Of a DNA stretch of 52,474 nt, positions 24,446-37,879 are shown one piece after another. Every line of letters begins with the position of its first letter. The stretch's first letter is position 1. Both the position numbers and the translations under genes were made by a program. The notes below the pieces were generated by a model. That model was not told where the DNA came from. It saw nothing but the letters and a program-made list of their open reading frames with translations, and did not search any database. The stretch is from Tubiluchus corallicola (lineage: Eukaryota; Animalia; Priapulida): contig JAQGDQ010001245.1 in assembly GCA_030141605.1 (NCBI GenBank), forward strand, positions 1 through 52,474, in the 5' to 3' direction.

Positions 24446-25579
24446 CTGCAAAAAACAAACGCCATACGGATAGCAAAACCATCCAATTTCAAACAAAGAA
24501 AGTGACGCATCTGATAAACACATAAACTCGACAGTTTTAGCTACAAAACAGAGGTGGCCGAATATCTGACTGGTGTCAGGGTGCAATTAGTAAGTAAAGT
24601 TAAGCAATGGCAGCCTTGGCTGGCAAATGGGTGGGTGATTTTGCACGCTATGTCCTGATGGATATTTAAAGCAAAACCGGACACAATGTTAAACTATACG
24701 TCAAAACAATCTACTCTTTTAAAATATTAAAAAATGCAATTTCACATTTTTGCCAATAATACTTCACTGTTACATGCAGCTCACTTCTGCAGTATTAATA
24801 GTGTCAAAATGTATAATTAAGAAAATGGGATAGTATATGGGCTTGAAAATGGGATAGTATATGAAAAATCACCCTGTCTTCCTCTAACTAATTTAAAAAA
24901 CATACAGTCAAACCTCTGTTTTCGACCATAATCCGTTCCTAAAAAGTGTTTGAAAACCGATTTGGTTGAGAACCGAATGATTTATTCCCATAAGAAATAA
25001 CCAGGCATGAGAATGACAATTGCAAAAAACTCTGAAACTGGCCGGGGGTTTGGGGGCCGCCCAGACCGCCATGGGGGTTCAAGGGTGAAGGCGAGCCCCT
25101 TGCAGCCAGCAACAAATTGCAATTTTGTGACCATAGAGAGCCTCTAAGTGGACCTTGTTTCGTGCATAATTTAAAATACCCAACTATCAAGGATACATGA
25201 TACCTAATTGTCTCAAAAACGCCTAAGTACTGGCCGCTCCTATGCAAAAGTATGTAAAAACTGTCTGCAATTGACTCAAATAACTCCGCACAATTGATTC
25301 TATATTTTTATACATAGAGATATACACGTGGTTACACTGATGTACGTGATGTAAACAAAGTGACGGCCTGCCAACTAGCGTCAGCTTGTGAAATAATGTA
25401 CTGGGTCCGTAAAAATTTTCTCAACGAATTTACGCAATTTACAAAAATGGCACTACTGGTCTTCCAAAAACTCTGAATTCCGCGCATCCGTGGAAAATTC
25501 TCATCCCTGAATAATGTAAAAGCAAATAATCCGTTCTCTAGCACCAAATGAACTGTAAAGTATTACTAAATATCAGCCA

Positions 25580-25988
<409 letters not shown>

Positions 25989-26097
25989 CTATAAACCACC
26001 ACAAAAAAGAACAGTCCATAAAGCAAAGGAAGACTAAACAGAGAATGCTCAAGCTAATGATATTAACGAATAGAAAAAAGCAAGAAATAAACAGCAT

Positions 26098-26700
26098 GTG
26101 TGTTTGCATAGCAAAATCGTCCATACGTCGGCAGCTAAACTTTTCCAGTTATTCACATATCCTGAATCTCCATTTCATGAGGATCATTTTGATACCAAGC
26201 TCATCGCTCTACGTTATTTCTAAGCTGAGATAATCCACATTGAAGTTGAGGTCCGTTTATGTGTTCTTGCATAACAAAACCGTCCGTAAGTCGGCAATTA
26301 AACTTTTCTAGTTATTCACATATCCTGAATCTCTATTTCACGAGGATCATTTTGATACCAAGCTCATAGCTCTATGTTATTTCTAAGCTGAGATAATCCA
26401 CATTGAAGATGAGCTGCAGGCTACGCACTGAAAAACGTAACCTTGAAAAAATCGCTGTTAAAGTCAGCTATTGTTTTTTGTCGCGTTTCTACAAAACGCT
26501 TAGCAACCGTACAAATGTTGGTTGCTACGGACTTTGCAAGAGCACATTGTAGTTGTGTTTAAATTTAGTAGATGACTCTTCCCGACAAAGATCTGAGCTT
26601 GGCAACAAAAAAAACCCAAAGCAAAATGACAGCTTCCAGGAACTAGTACCGGAGTTTGAAAATACAAGTTTTTAACAATAGCAGTGCTAGTTTATAGTGT
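26098..26700. mobile_element. Partial copy of the 30015-31121 family with two about 168-bp subunits
   Basis: Sequence identity with 30015-30770. Confidence 0.75.
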
Positions 26701-26724
26701 GGTACATATGCTAAAGATACTTAC

Positions 26725-26805
26725 ACTCTCCATATTCGGTTGGCGACACATCCACTTCCGCAAGGGCATCAAAATCTTTGGTCATCAAAAGCAGTTTGTC
26801 ATCAC
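26725..26805 (-). CDS. ELP1: ELP1 coding exon 4
   Basis: cgtag|(G)DDKLLLMTKDFDALAEVDVSPTEYGE|gtaagt; MTKDF motif; 81 nt. Confidence 0.92.
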
Positions 26806-28630
26806 CTACGTGAAAAACACAAAATAGTTTAGAAATCATTAATGTTATGGGCAAATTAGCCAATTACCCATATAATTCGTTTTTTATTTTTCCCGCATGA
26901 GGGCGCCAAAAACTAAAGGGGACAACTGGGCAATTGCTGGCGGACTCAACTGGTTATTGCAGAGACTTACTTGGTGGATAATGCAATTTTTATATGAGAA
27001 ATTTAATGTCATGCTTCAACCATAAACAGTGTGCTCTCTCTAGGCGAATGAAGTAAGTGATTTTTGTAAATCTAAGTTTATTAATTAGATAGCAATTTTC
27101 CGTGTAATTTTTTTTGTTCAAATTTCTGTGGTATTTTTCAAATTACATTACTGCAAATTTTATGAATTTTTTTTTTGTTTTTTCTCCTCCTTTAGAAAAT
27201 TAAGACTGCAGAAACACCTTATGCAAAGAACTTTCATGTTTTGCTGTGTTAACAGTTATTGCTATGCTCAGTAGAGTCATATCTTTAGTCAGACCGATTG
27301 TATGCATAAAGTCTAAAGCTTTTGAGCCCCAAATTTCTTTGAGTTCACCTTTAAATGAATATATAATCCCAAATGACACTGAAGTTTTTTTTAAAACATT
27401 ATTATGATTAAACAAGAATTCATAGTTATTATTAAACAAAATAAAATTATGTAAGTTAAGTAAGTCAAATTTTTCTGGTGAATTGCGAATGCGTGCGTTG
27501 CCGTGAAGGTCGCTACGTTTCGCATCTTTGACGGGAGTGAGTGAGAATGAAGTACGAGGTACAGAAAGCGTCTTTGATTACCAATGCTTGTTTAGCAATC
27601 TTTGGTGACCTCATGACTATACTCATTACGTGATTCGTCTCGCGCAATGAAAAATGGCGGTTCTTCAAATTTAACACCACAAACAACAAAGTGATAAAAA
27701 AATCGAAAAAAACAAGTTTTACAGTAAGTTTATAATAAAATAAATTGAATATTCGCAGTGAGAGTAGGATTTAAAGTTGTAAAGACTTATATTATAGTTA
27801 GATTTAGTTTGACTTTGATGAACACAAATGAGCATAATTATGTTCAAACATGCGAAAGACACAGTCAAACTATTCAGTAGACATAAATTATTTTAGTAAG
27901 ATAAGCAAGCAAGTTCAACATGTACTTGATGCAGTACAGCTATGCATCAAAAGAAACCATTAATTTACAAAAGAACTAAGTACTAATCAGGAATTGAAAG
28001 TGAAGAGATTATGCATTTCAAACCACTAGTGGGAGCTAGTTTCAGGCGAAAGAAGAAAGAAAATACAGTCACTATTTGAGCACAGAATACACAGCACCAA
28101 AAAGCGGTCGGCGAAGTACAGTAGCACAAAATGATATTAATAACTCAAAGGAGAACAGGATGATTCTTCGTATACTACCCCATTTTCAAGTTCAATAAAA
28201 AGTATACATTTTAACACAGTCAATATAGCAAAAGCATTTTAGACAATTAAATAATAGATAAAAACTTAATGGCGGGCGAGCCCAACTGTTCATGACATCA
28301 CAAACGAACATAATTTAAGTATAAATTATGTTATAAAATTATGTTATTAAGTTATAAAAGTTTATATTATAGTGAGGGTTTAGTTTGACTTCAAGGCTTC
28401 GGTTGGGATGTGACACTTTTGCACATAGACAGTCCTCTAATCATGCATAAGTACCTAGCGTACATGTAACTCAATTTTAACAATCGAACAAAGTTGTTTG
28501 ATGCCCTGCACACACGCACTTGTGCTTCAGTACAAAAACTCTGCATAAAGAGCTCGCTTATCTCAGAATACTAGATTTCGCACACCACTGGTTTTGTGAT
28601 AACACGTTTTTTACACAGTTAGCCACTTGC

Positions 28631-28712
28631 CCGTAACTATGACGACAACCTCCTGGTCCGGACTCCATGAAGCGCATTGAATCCCGTGATTTACCAAAAT
28701 GATTTCTTCTAG
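28631..28712 (-). CDS. ELP1: ELP1 coding exon 3 (ends in a GC donor)
   Basis: ttttcag|LEEIILVNHGIQCASWSPDQEVVVIVTG|gcaagt; conserved WSPDQE motif; 82 nt, phase 1. Confidence 0.92.
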
Positions 28713-29049
28713 CTGAAAAAATTAAACACAGCACAACATCAGTTTTCAGGTACAACAAAAAAACTGGTTTCAGACTTTTAAAGAAACTGGCATTGCAAAC
28801 TTTGCCACAAGCGCAAGGCGAGTCAGAATCTTAAAGAAAGACCGGACGAATGATTAGACTCAATCTCATTCTAATTTACTGTCCAAAATATGCATTTTCT
28901 TGCCTATAAAAGTTAACAATTGTTTCGTATATTTGAATAATTAGCTTAGAAAGTTAATTAATGGCAACCGAACACAGCAACTGCTTACGTCAGAAACTAA
29001 CCACAGTTTGTGCAATGGCAGGCGTCTTCCCTTGCGCGTCAAGCAAGCA

Positions 29050-29479
29050 TAAAACACTTCATGCATAACTCATAATAATGATATTTTTTGAACATAACAA
29101 ATATGAGGCAACTTGGCTAGGAAAACAAGCACTGGAAGTTACCTGTTGCAGTACTTATTTCCAATAGAAAAAATGCTAAATTTGCACCCCGTGAAATAAT
29201 AAGTTACCCTCCACTAAAACACTTCATATGTAACTCATAATAATTATTCTTTCAACATAATAAATTTGAGGCTACACAGCCAGGAAAACAAACAACGGAA
29301 ATTACCTGTTCCAGTACCTATTTCAAATAGAAAAAATGATGTTAAATTTGCACCCCGTGAAGATGTAAGTTACCCTCCACTAAAACACTTCATGCATAAA
29401 TCATAATAATGATTTTTTAAACTAATGAATATGAGGCAAATAGGCTTTGATAACAAGCAATGGAAGTTACCTGCTGCAG
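29050..29479. repeat. About 166-bp tandem repeat (2.6 copies) including the exon-2 donor
   Basis: taaaacacttcat recurs at 29050, 29215, 29381; each unit has ggaa(g/a)ttacctg. Confidence 0.88.
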
Positions 29480-29629
29480 GCTAGGAGTGTACGACAGTAC
29501 GGAGCCCCGAGAAGTCGTCACATATAATGCATCCAGCTCAATCAGATAGTCTACGCTCACTATCTTGTCCTCAGCATCGTCATCGGCATTCAGGTAACCA
29601 GAATCAATCAACGATACCTCGTCCACCAC
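29471..29629 (-). CDS. ELP1: ELP1 coding exon 2
   Basis: cag|VVDEVSLIDSGYLNADDDAEDKIVSVDYLIELDALYVTTSRGSVLSYTPSLQQ|gtaact; resembles human VKNEVSLVAEGFL...SLSTQQ; 159 nt. Confidence 0.9.
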
Positions 29630-30014
29630 CTGTGCAATTCAGCGTGAGAACAGCATATTTTCAAAGGAAAAGTATTCAAAAGCACTACAGAAAAGATCGG
29701 CTAAAGTTTACAATTCTCGCAAACAGGAAATTAGTTCCCGAAGTGGATTTGGGTTAGGGTCAAAGTTAGGGTTAGACTTTGGTTAAGGTTTTGCATAGAG
29801 TTAGGGTATTTAAATTGTGTGGGGACGATTTTGCTATGCAAGCACACCTATAACTACATTTATGTAAGCGGTATGTAACAAACAAGTACAACAATAACAA
29901 GAAAGGTACTATACCTCAAGCTGCTGTGTGGTATATAAGTGCTGTATAAGTTCAATTTTTGAAATTACTAATAACCAAGTAGGTACTACAGCAACTAATA
30001 CACCACAAGTAATT

Positions 30015-30970
30015 GTGTGCTTGCATAGCAAAATCGTCCATAAGTCGGCAATTAACGTTTTCTAGTTATTCACAAACCCTGAATCTCCATTTCATGAGGA
30101 TCATTTTGATACCAAGTTCATTGCTCTATGTTATTTCTAAGCTGAGATAATCCACGTTGAAGTTGAGGTCCATTTGTATGTGCTTGCATAGGAAAGTTGT
30201 CCATAAGTTGGCAATTAAGCTTTTCTAGTTATTCAAATATCCTGAATCTCCATTTCCTGAGGATCGTCTTGATACCAAGTTCATTGCTCTATGTTATTTC
30301 TAAGCTGAGATAATCCACATTGAAGTTGCGGTCCGTTTGCGTGAGCTTGCATAGGAAAATCAGCAATTAAGCTTCTATAGATATTCACATATCCTGAATC
30401 TCCATTTCATGAGGATCATTTTGATACCAAGTTCATCACTCTATGTTATTTCTAAGCTGAGATAATCCACGTTGAAGTTGAGGTGCAGGCTACGCACCGA
30501 AAAGCATAATCTTGAGAAAATCGCTGTTAAAGTCAGCCATTGTTTTTTGTCGCGTTTCTACAAAACACTTAGCAGCCGTACGAAAGTATGGTTGCTATGG
30601 ACTTTGCAAGAAGACATTGAAGACATGTTTAAATCCAGTAGATGGCTCTTCCTGACGAAGATTTGGGCTTGTCAATAGAAAAAGCCCAAAGCAAAGTGAC
30701 TGCTTCCACGAGCTACTACCGAAGTTTGAAAATACAAGTTTTTAATAATAGCAGTACTAGCTTATAACATGGTTTATAGTCTGAACATGGACAGTCTTTT
30801 TTTCCTCTCTGGTGTTGAAATTCTATTCAAATTTATTTATTTTTAGGCAACTAAACAAGATCTTAAAATCTGCTATCTTGTAGTTGTTTTTCGATCCGAT
30901 AATGAACTCTGTTAGAAATGAATACAATCAAACCTCTTTATTGGCTTTATTATTTAAACATTTTCTTGAT

Positions 30971-31012
<42 letters not shown>

Positions 31013-31121
31013 TTTATAAAAAACAAAAAACTAACATTAGTCCAAAATTTTGGCACATTCTACTTTGAAGCATCATAGCATACTTATGCCCACTTATGGA
31101 CGACTTTGGTTGGAAGCACAC
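30015..31121. mobile_element. Non-autonomous DNA transposon with AATT flanks (possibly Sola1-like) and three internal about 165-bp subunits
   Basis: AATT|gtgtgcttgcatagcaaaatcgtccataagt ... acttatggacgactttggttggaagcacac|AATT; superfamily assignment is inference from the 4-bp AWWT flanks. Confidence 0.7.
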
Positions 31122-31264
31122 AATTGTGGATCGCACTTCACAAACATTAACCCACAAATAAAAGAACGATTTTCATCACATCAAAACTAAATCAACAAAA
31201 AAAAATCGAAAGTAAAATCGAACACAGCAACAGTTTGTTGACGATTCACAGCTAATCCAAAAAG

Positions 31265-31724
31265 CAGGGATGAGAATGACAAATTGCAAAAAACTCTGAA
31301 ACAGGCCGGGGGGTTGGGGGCCGCGTAGGCCATAGAGAACCTCTAAGTGGACTTAAAATATCAGTTACCTTGTTTCGTGCATAATTCAAAATACCCAACT
31401 ATCAAGGATACATGATACCTAATTGTCTCAAAAATGCCTAAGTACTGGCCACTCCTATGCAAAAGTATATAAAAACCGTCTGCAATTGACTCAAATAACT
31501 CGGCACAATTAATTCTGTATTTTTATACATAGAGATATACACGTGGTAACACTGATGTACGTGATGTAAACAAAGTGACGGCCTGCCAACTAGCGGTCAG
31601 CTTGTGAAATAATGTACTGGATCCGTAAAAATTTCCTCAGCGAATTTACGCGATTTACAAAAATGGCACTACTGGTCTTCCAAAAACTCGGAATTCCGGG
31701 TATCCGGGGAAACTCTCATCCCTG
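31265..31724. mobile_element. hAT-family MITE with perfect 8-bp TSD
   Basis: ccaaaaag|cagggatgaga ... tctcatccctg|ccaaaaag; second copy at about 25002-25510. Confidence 0.92.
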
Positions 31725-31828
31725 CCAAAAAGTTGCAACTAAGTTAAGTTTAAAAGGTTTTCAATGCCCTATTTTTAGTTGAAGCTAGAGCACCTTCACT
31801 TACAAAGATCTACGTTAACAGTTCATAC

Positions 31829-31975
31829 CTGATGCGACTCTATATCAACACCAAACAGTCCTGCTTGAGATGCAAAATATATCACACTGGAATCAGAAAC
31901 AGCCGCAAACAAGCAAACTTCTTGGCAAATGTCCAACTGATGTTGCAGGCTGTGCAAAAGCCTCAAATTCCTCAT
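31829..31975 (-). CDS. ELP1: ELP1 coding exon 1 (start codon at 31975)
   Basis: Translates MRNLRLLHSLQHQLDICQEVCLFAAVSDSSVIYFASQAGLFGVDIESHQ; human ELP1 starts MRNLKLFRTL. Donor CAG|gtatga, 147 nt, phase 0. Acceptor ttttctag just upstream (exon starts about 32003). Confidence 0.88.
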
Positions 31976-33494
31976 TTCAACAATCTTATTTTTTGCTTAG
32001 GATCTAGAAAAGCAGAGTAAATTTCCGCGTTAATAATTTGTTAATGGACAAAAAAGGGATACCTGAAGTAGGTTTCAGAAAAATCGCCTTAAAAAATTAT
32101 ATTACTTTATAGCAATTTTATGTGTTCATCTTACTCACACTGAAAGGAATTTTAGTTTGTTTTCATTTTAAATCTCCCGCAATACTGTTCCGAAGTCGCC
32201 ATTACATGACATCATGTACCAAACGTAAATCAAGGGAAGAAAAGGCAATGAAAAATTATATCTCAAAAGACTTTCCGTGCAGATCCAAATTACTTAGATT
32301 TTCGCTTACCTACTAGAAAGACTTATGTAACTAGAAAAGAAAATTATTAATTATTTAAAATGTTTTCAGCAATTGGTAAAATGTCGCTGACTCACCTTGC
32401 AGGGTGCACCACTCACTAACCAAAATGTATTTTTAATCTTATTGACAAGATACAGTAATTTAAAATTTTATTTAGTTAAGGACGTGTGTGCTACGAATGC
32501 TCTGATTATTTTTTCAAACTTTACAAAATGTTACCTAAACTTGTTTCAAATGACCAGTCGAGAAAATGGCTGTGTCTAACGGTCTTCGCGGGAGTTTAAA
32601 TTTACATGTTATATACAGCGTGACTGCCGATTGAAGTCATGCATGCAAAAAGGCAGTATGTAAGCGATATAAAATTTCAAAACGAATTTTTAAGCTTTAT
32701 GTTCATGAAGGGTTTTTTGTGCTTTAATTTTCACGCCAACATGTGTTTAGTGAATAGGCCATCAAATTTACAATTTACACCAATTCAACAAGTTGTTGAA
32801 ATTTCTGCCTTTCTGAAGCTTCTTACACTGATGTGACACAATGTAAGAAAGTCATCAAAGTACATAATAATTAATATTAGTAATATTAGTTGCATAGGGG
32901 TAGCTGCATGATGACCCCTGGGCCTTCGCCACCCCGTCTATATTTTTGTTAATATAATTTACTAACTTTAATTTCATACACTTTGTAGCTTACTGAGAGA
33001 CAATTAAAAAAATTTGAATTAAACTGAATTGCACAATAACCAACATGTGTACTAAAATTAACACTTTATTAACGCAACAATAGGGCTATGTACAGATGCT
33101 GACGGTAACTGATAGACTGCACTAGCTAGCTTTCTTTTGCTGATTATAAAATTAATACAATTGCACAGTCAGCAATTACCGAGAATGCTAAAGGTGAAAC
33201 TGTCCATCATCACTCAAGTCCCCGTGAAGGTGTTGCTAATGGCACACTGAGCAGGGTAATGCCATTACACGTATAGATGACTAAGTACAATATCTACTCA
33301 ACCACACACGACACACTGAGTTTCTTATGAAATTAAATACTATCCGAAATATCAATACACTTATACACCCTTACCCAATGTAAGTCTAATAAAAACTGCA
33401 AACTAGGAGAAATATTATTTAGGAGTAAATGATCATGTAGCAACATTGAAACTAAATTTTTTGGTAAATTATTGTTTTTTTTCAGAACATGTGC

Positions 33495-33560
33495 TTCACG
33501 GAAGCCGCCATGCTTAGAATACGCGCATGATAAGCCATCTTGCACACGTTGCCGGTGATT
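33495..33560 (-). promoter_or_regulatory. Candidate ELP1 core promoter / non-coding first exon
   Basis: CpG-containing patch with ETS-like CGGAAG (33499-33504) and two YY1-like motifs read sense to ELP1 (AAGATGGC 33541-33534, ATGGCGGC 33511-33504). Candidate donor TGG|gtaagg at 33374. Inference only. Confidence 0.4.
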
Positions 33561-33824
33561 TCAGTCCTGAGACGACACTCTTTTGTTCTGCCGTATGCCC
33601 GTCGTTGACTGCTGTCACTCGCAGTCAGTGCTCTGCGATCGGGTAGCCTAGGAATTGCTGTAAAACACTATGAAATAAGAAAAATTTATTATCAGGCGAT
33701 AATTATCTTTTGAGTAAAAAGAATATTTATTAGAGATCATGGTAATACCAATTGTGTATGTGTAATTCATTTTTGGCTGTATGCCCAGAAGAAGAGTTAT
33801 TCTGAAAGACGGGCCTAATAGAAA

Positions 33825-34085
33825 ACAAGACGAACGTTAAAGTTATTTCGCGTAGTCTATGTAGTCAGTGAATGGATGGGTGATCACCAGGTTCGACACT
33901 CACTGTCGGAATAGGAGATTTCATTTATCATTAAGATTTTGATCGTTCACCTCACTGATGGAAGCCGATTGAAATCCTAACATAGCCAACACATTTTAAT
34001 TAGACAACTTCTGTTTTTGATCCACATTGAGTAGGCCTCCCCTATCCGTGGAACATCTACTTGCATTCTGGTTGGAAACGAGTTT
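33825..34085 (+). mobile_element. Possible 5S-derived SINE remnant
   Basis: gtcagtgaatggatgggtgatc resembles the 5S C-box region; downstream tgatggaagccg...gagtaggcctccc resembles, from memory, the Nin/Deu SINE central domain. Confidence 0.35.
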
Positions 34086-35624
34086 TATAGTTCAAACTGA
34101 TTGAAGTCTAAAATAATGGCTATAGATCGAAATAGTCCAATACTTCAGCTACATACGGTGTCATCAAAGGGTTTGAAAAATTTTTAAATTAACACAATTC
34201 AGTTGCATTTTCTATGCAGAATTTTTAGCATAGTTATTAGTGTTTTACTGCAGAATAAAATCAAGCAATCAATGTGCATGATTACATTTATGATGCAATT
34301 TATTATTATTATTTATTATTATTATTTTATTATTATTATTATTATTACGTTATTACTACGTTATTATAGTTATTGGTGATTTAAAAATCTATTCAAAAAT
34401 TTTTAGAACTGGATTCGAAATCGTTTCGGATTTGAACATGCTGAGATTCGGTTTGATTCGAGTTCGAAATTTAACAGATTGATTCGATGTGAGTCGAATT
34501 TGCTTTCTGGTAAAGAATGTTCATCCCTGGAGACTATCTGAGTGGTCTGTGTGGTCGCACGTGCAGGGTGTGTGTGTTTACGAAAATTAAACAGTGCCAA
34601 GCATAACTAGTCACAAATACAATCTTTGTTTGCGAGTCACATTGTAGTTCTGCTACAAACACCCGCCATTAGCAGGAGGCCCTGTTATTGATTATTAGCA
34701 TCTGGACGAACTGTGAAAAAATTGTTACGTCCACTGTTAAAGAAGAACCAACGATTGTTTAGACTCAATCTCATTTTAATTTACTGGCCAAAATATACAT
34801 TTTCTTCCCTATAAAAGTTAACAATTGTTTCTTATATTTGAATAATTACCTTAGAAATTTAATTAATGGCAACCGAGCTCAGCTATTGCTTACGTCAGAA
34901 ACTAGCCACAGTTTGTGCAATGGCAGGCGTCTTCCCTTGTGTGTCAAGCACATTTGCATAACTGTTACAGTACTGTTTAAACGCATGATGTCACGAAAAA
35001 TGGGCTTTACATCATATGACGTCAAATTCGTCGATGAAGTGATATCTTATGTGGTTTGTGGCGTCTACGTGTTTCTATAGCTATAGCCTAAGTGAAGGCG
35101 CCACATTTTAGAAAAAATTCTTATTCCTCTTGGAAAATGTGCAAACTTTCATATTCATGCAAAGAGCGCATTTTATAACACACTACAGGCAGTTACCGAG
35201 GTCGCATTGTATATAAGTTCCACATAACGAACAGGTGCAAGGTGTTACACAACAAGCAGTTACGCAGTCTGCTTGAATATAAGCGAACATAAACGTAGAA
35301 TCTAGGTTAATAATGTTTCTAAGGCACCACAAGTAATTATTTATGTTGTATATTAGATAAACAACCGTAAATTCACAATAGAGATGGGGGGACAGAATAA
35401 TTAGCCTAGGGTGTCGTAAAATCTTGATACGCCACTGACTAGTGTGCTTGAACTGTCGCGTAACTTAGTGAATGCAATTTTGTGTTGTGGTGATACTGAA
35501 TTCAGCAGCAGATAATTCTCTAGTGTATATGTAAGAAACTGCATGAAACTTAATAATTCCCATCTTGTCCTGCTGTTACGTTGAGCCCGTGAACATGTAT
35601 AACTCATTCTCTAACAATGTAAGC

Positions 35625-36106
35625 CAGGGGTGTGCAAATTGCGGCCCGCCGAGAGAATTTGTGCGGCCCGCGAAGAGATTTGTCAACCTAATGAAAGTGC
35701 GGCCCGGGCGATTAATTGATTGTATCCAGCTGAAGTCCGTGCCACGATCCCAAAGATAGTGCGGGTAGTTTTTTCTACTAAATCGGATGCCATTACCCCT
35801 TGCAAGACGGTTGTAAGCTTAATGTCACTGTACTACACAGACTGTGTGATACACATTACTAATATGCATTGTAATGAAATTACCACTATCTGACCTGAAA
35901 GTAGAAATATATGGTTCGTAATATAAATTTTAATAACATCTAAAATAGTTTCTTGAGTGTAGTAGTAATGATGTACGCAGGTCGGATGCAAAAAATCGTT
36001 ATTAGGCCCTTCTGTACTTGGCTGCTTGATCAAACTGCTTGTGGCCCGTAGGAATTGCGGGAAAGTTTAATGTGGCCCGGCTAGTCAGACAATTTGCACA
36101 CCCCTG
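35625..36106. mobile_element. hAT-family MITE
   Basis: atgtaagc|caggggtgtgcaaatt ... aatttgcacacccctg|ctgtaagc (7/8 TSD), subterminal gcggccc motifs. Confidence 0.9.
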
Positions 36107-36542
36107 CTGTAAGCTAATGATGAAGGCTCCAATTGGTTTCTGTCTATTCTCACTCATAGCTTTCGATAATTGACGAAAAAGCTTTTCCCCCCTCTCACGC
36201 ACCTGTGGCTTCTCAACACACAGTCGGCTTCACGCAGTGCGCATGCGCATTGCGACAGAACTGCACAATGTCACAGAGGTGGACGCAAAAGCGTTATATA
36301 CGCGTTTTACCGCTCCCCATTCAGGACGCTGTCTGTTGCTATGATACGTTTTAATGTCATTCGCGTCATTATGAAATTATTGATAAATTAATAGAGCACT
36401 TTGCAGCTACGCATAAGCATCACGGATGGATCAGTGGCATTAAGGATGCGATGAATAAATTATGATAATTACTCTAAGCAGCTCAAAGGAAAAACACTTT
36501 TCAACTTTGCGTCGCGTACGTAGTTAAAGATATTTGTGCACG

Positions 36543-36773
36543 AGTCTGTAACAAAAATGTGTACATCACATAGTCTGTAGCAAAAAGGTGTACATCACAT
36601 AGTCTGTAGCAAAAATGTGTACATCACATAGTCTGTTACAAAAATGTGTACATCACATAGTCTGTAACAAAAAGGTGTACATCGCATAGTCTGTTACAAA
36701 AAGGTGTACATCACATAGTCTGTAACAAAAAGGTGTACATCACATAGTCTGTAACAAAAAGGTGTACATCACA
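36543..36773. repeat. 29-bp minisatellite, about 8 copies
   Basis: Unit gtacatcacatagtctgtaacaaaaaggt. Confidence 0.95.
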
Positions 36774-36919
36774 AGTAATAGTGTTAAAAGGGTAGTGGAA
36801 AAAAGTGAAGTGAAGTGGGAAATTGCAGTAGCCATCCACCGTGAAGTTGTTTAAGGTTGGCAGGTAAAATACTTTTATTCTTTTAAATAGTACTTTATTG
36901 ATGATGGTGAATAACTCCT

Positions 36920-37740
36920 TGCTCTACCTTAAATTTATTTCACTTCATCTCATCTCACCTCGCCTCACCTCATTTGACCTGACCTTACATTGCATTACTT
37001 TACATTACCTTACCTTAACAGCCTTGTTTCATCTTAACTTACCGTATTTTACCTTCTTTCACAATACTTTACCTCTTTCTTACCTTAGCTCATCTTACTT
37101 TGCCCTACCTTACCTTACTTAACTAAACTTTACATTATTATCATTCCTTACCCGACTTTATATTACCTTACCGTCATTAAAATTATTTTACCTTATCTAA
37201 ATTTGGGCTATCTTATTTTATTTTACCTTACTTTACCTTACCTTACCTTACCTTGTCTTATCTTACCCGACCTTATCTACCTCACCAACCATTACAATAC
37301 TGCAACTTACCTTGTCTTAGCTTACTTTTCCTCGGCCTACCTTATCTTAATTTATCTTAGTTTACTTTATATTACATTACCTTACCTTACTTTACCCTAT
37401 TTTAACTTACTCGACTTTACCTTGCCTTACCTTACCTTACCTTACCTTACCTTACCTTACCTTACCTTACCTTACCTTACCTTACCTTACCTTACCTTAC
37501 CTTACCTTACCCTACCTTACCTTACCTTACCTTACCTTACCTTACCTTACCTTACCTTACCTTACCTTACCTTACCTTACCTTCCCTTACCTTACCTTGC
37601 CTTGCCTTACCTTACCTTTCCTTAGCTTACCTTTACCTTACCGTACATTACCTTACCTTAATTTGCCTTGCCTTGCCTTACCTTACCTTACCTTACCTTA
37701 CCTCACATTAAAATTACTTTTCCTTACCTTATCCTACCTC
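36920..37740. repeat. (CCTTA)n pentamer tract with a pure core at 37425-37585
   Basis: Direct reading. Confidence 0.95.
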
Positions 37741-37879
37741 ACATGGAACATGTTCACGCTTGTTCATTCGCAAGTTATTTGTAATTGCACAGAGCACGGT
37801 GAGTGATCCTCTCTTCCATTTTCAGGCAGATCGATGCTCGGAGATTTGCAAAGTCTCGTGGTCAATCAAGGACGTACTT

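Noticed and set aside
36920-37740. Possible telomeric repeat
   Set aside because: Unit is CCTTA/TAAGG, not arthropod TTAGG or TTAGGG; degenerate interstitial edges.
37798-37825. Donor-like ACG|gtgagt just before the ORF acceptor
   Set aside because: Only 27 nt to the AG, too short for a typical spliceosomal intron.
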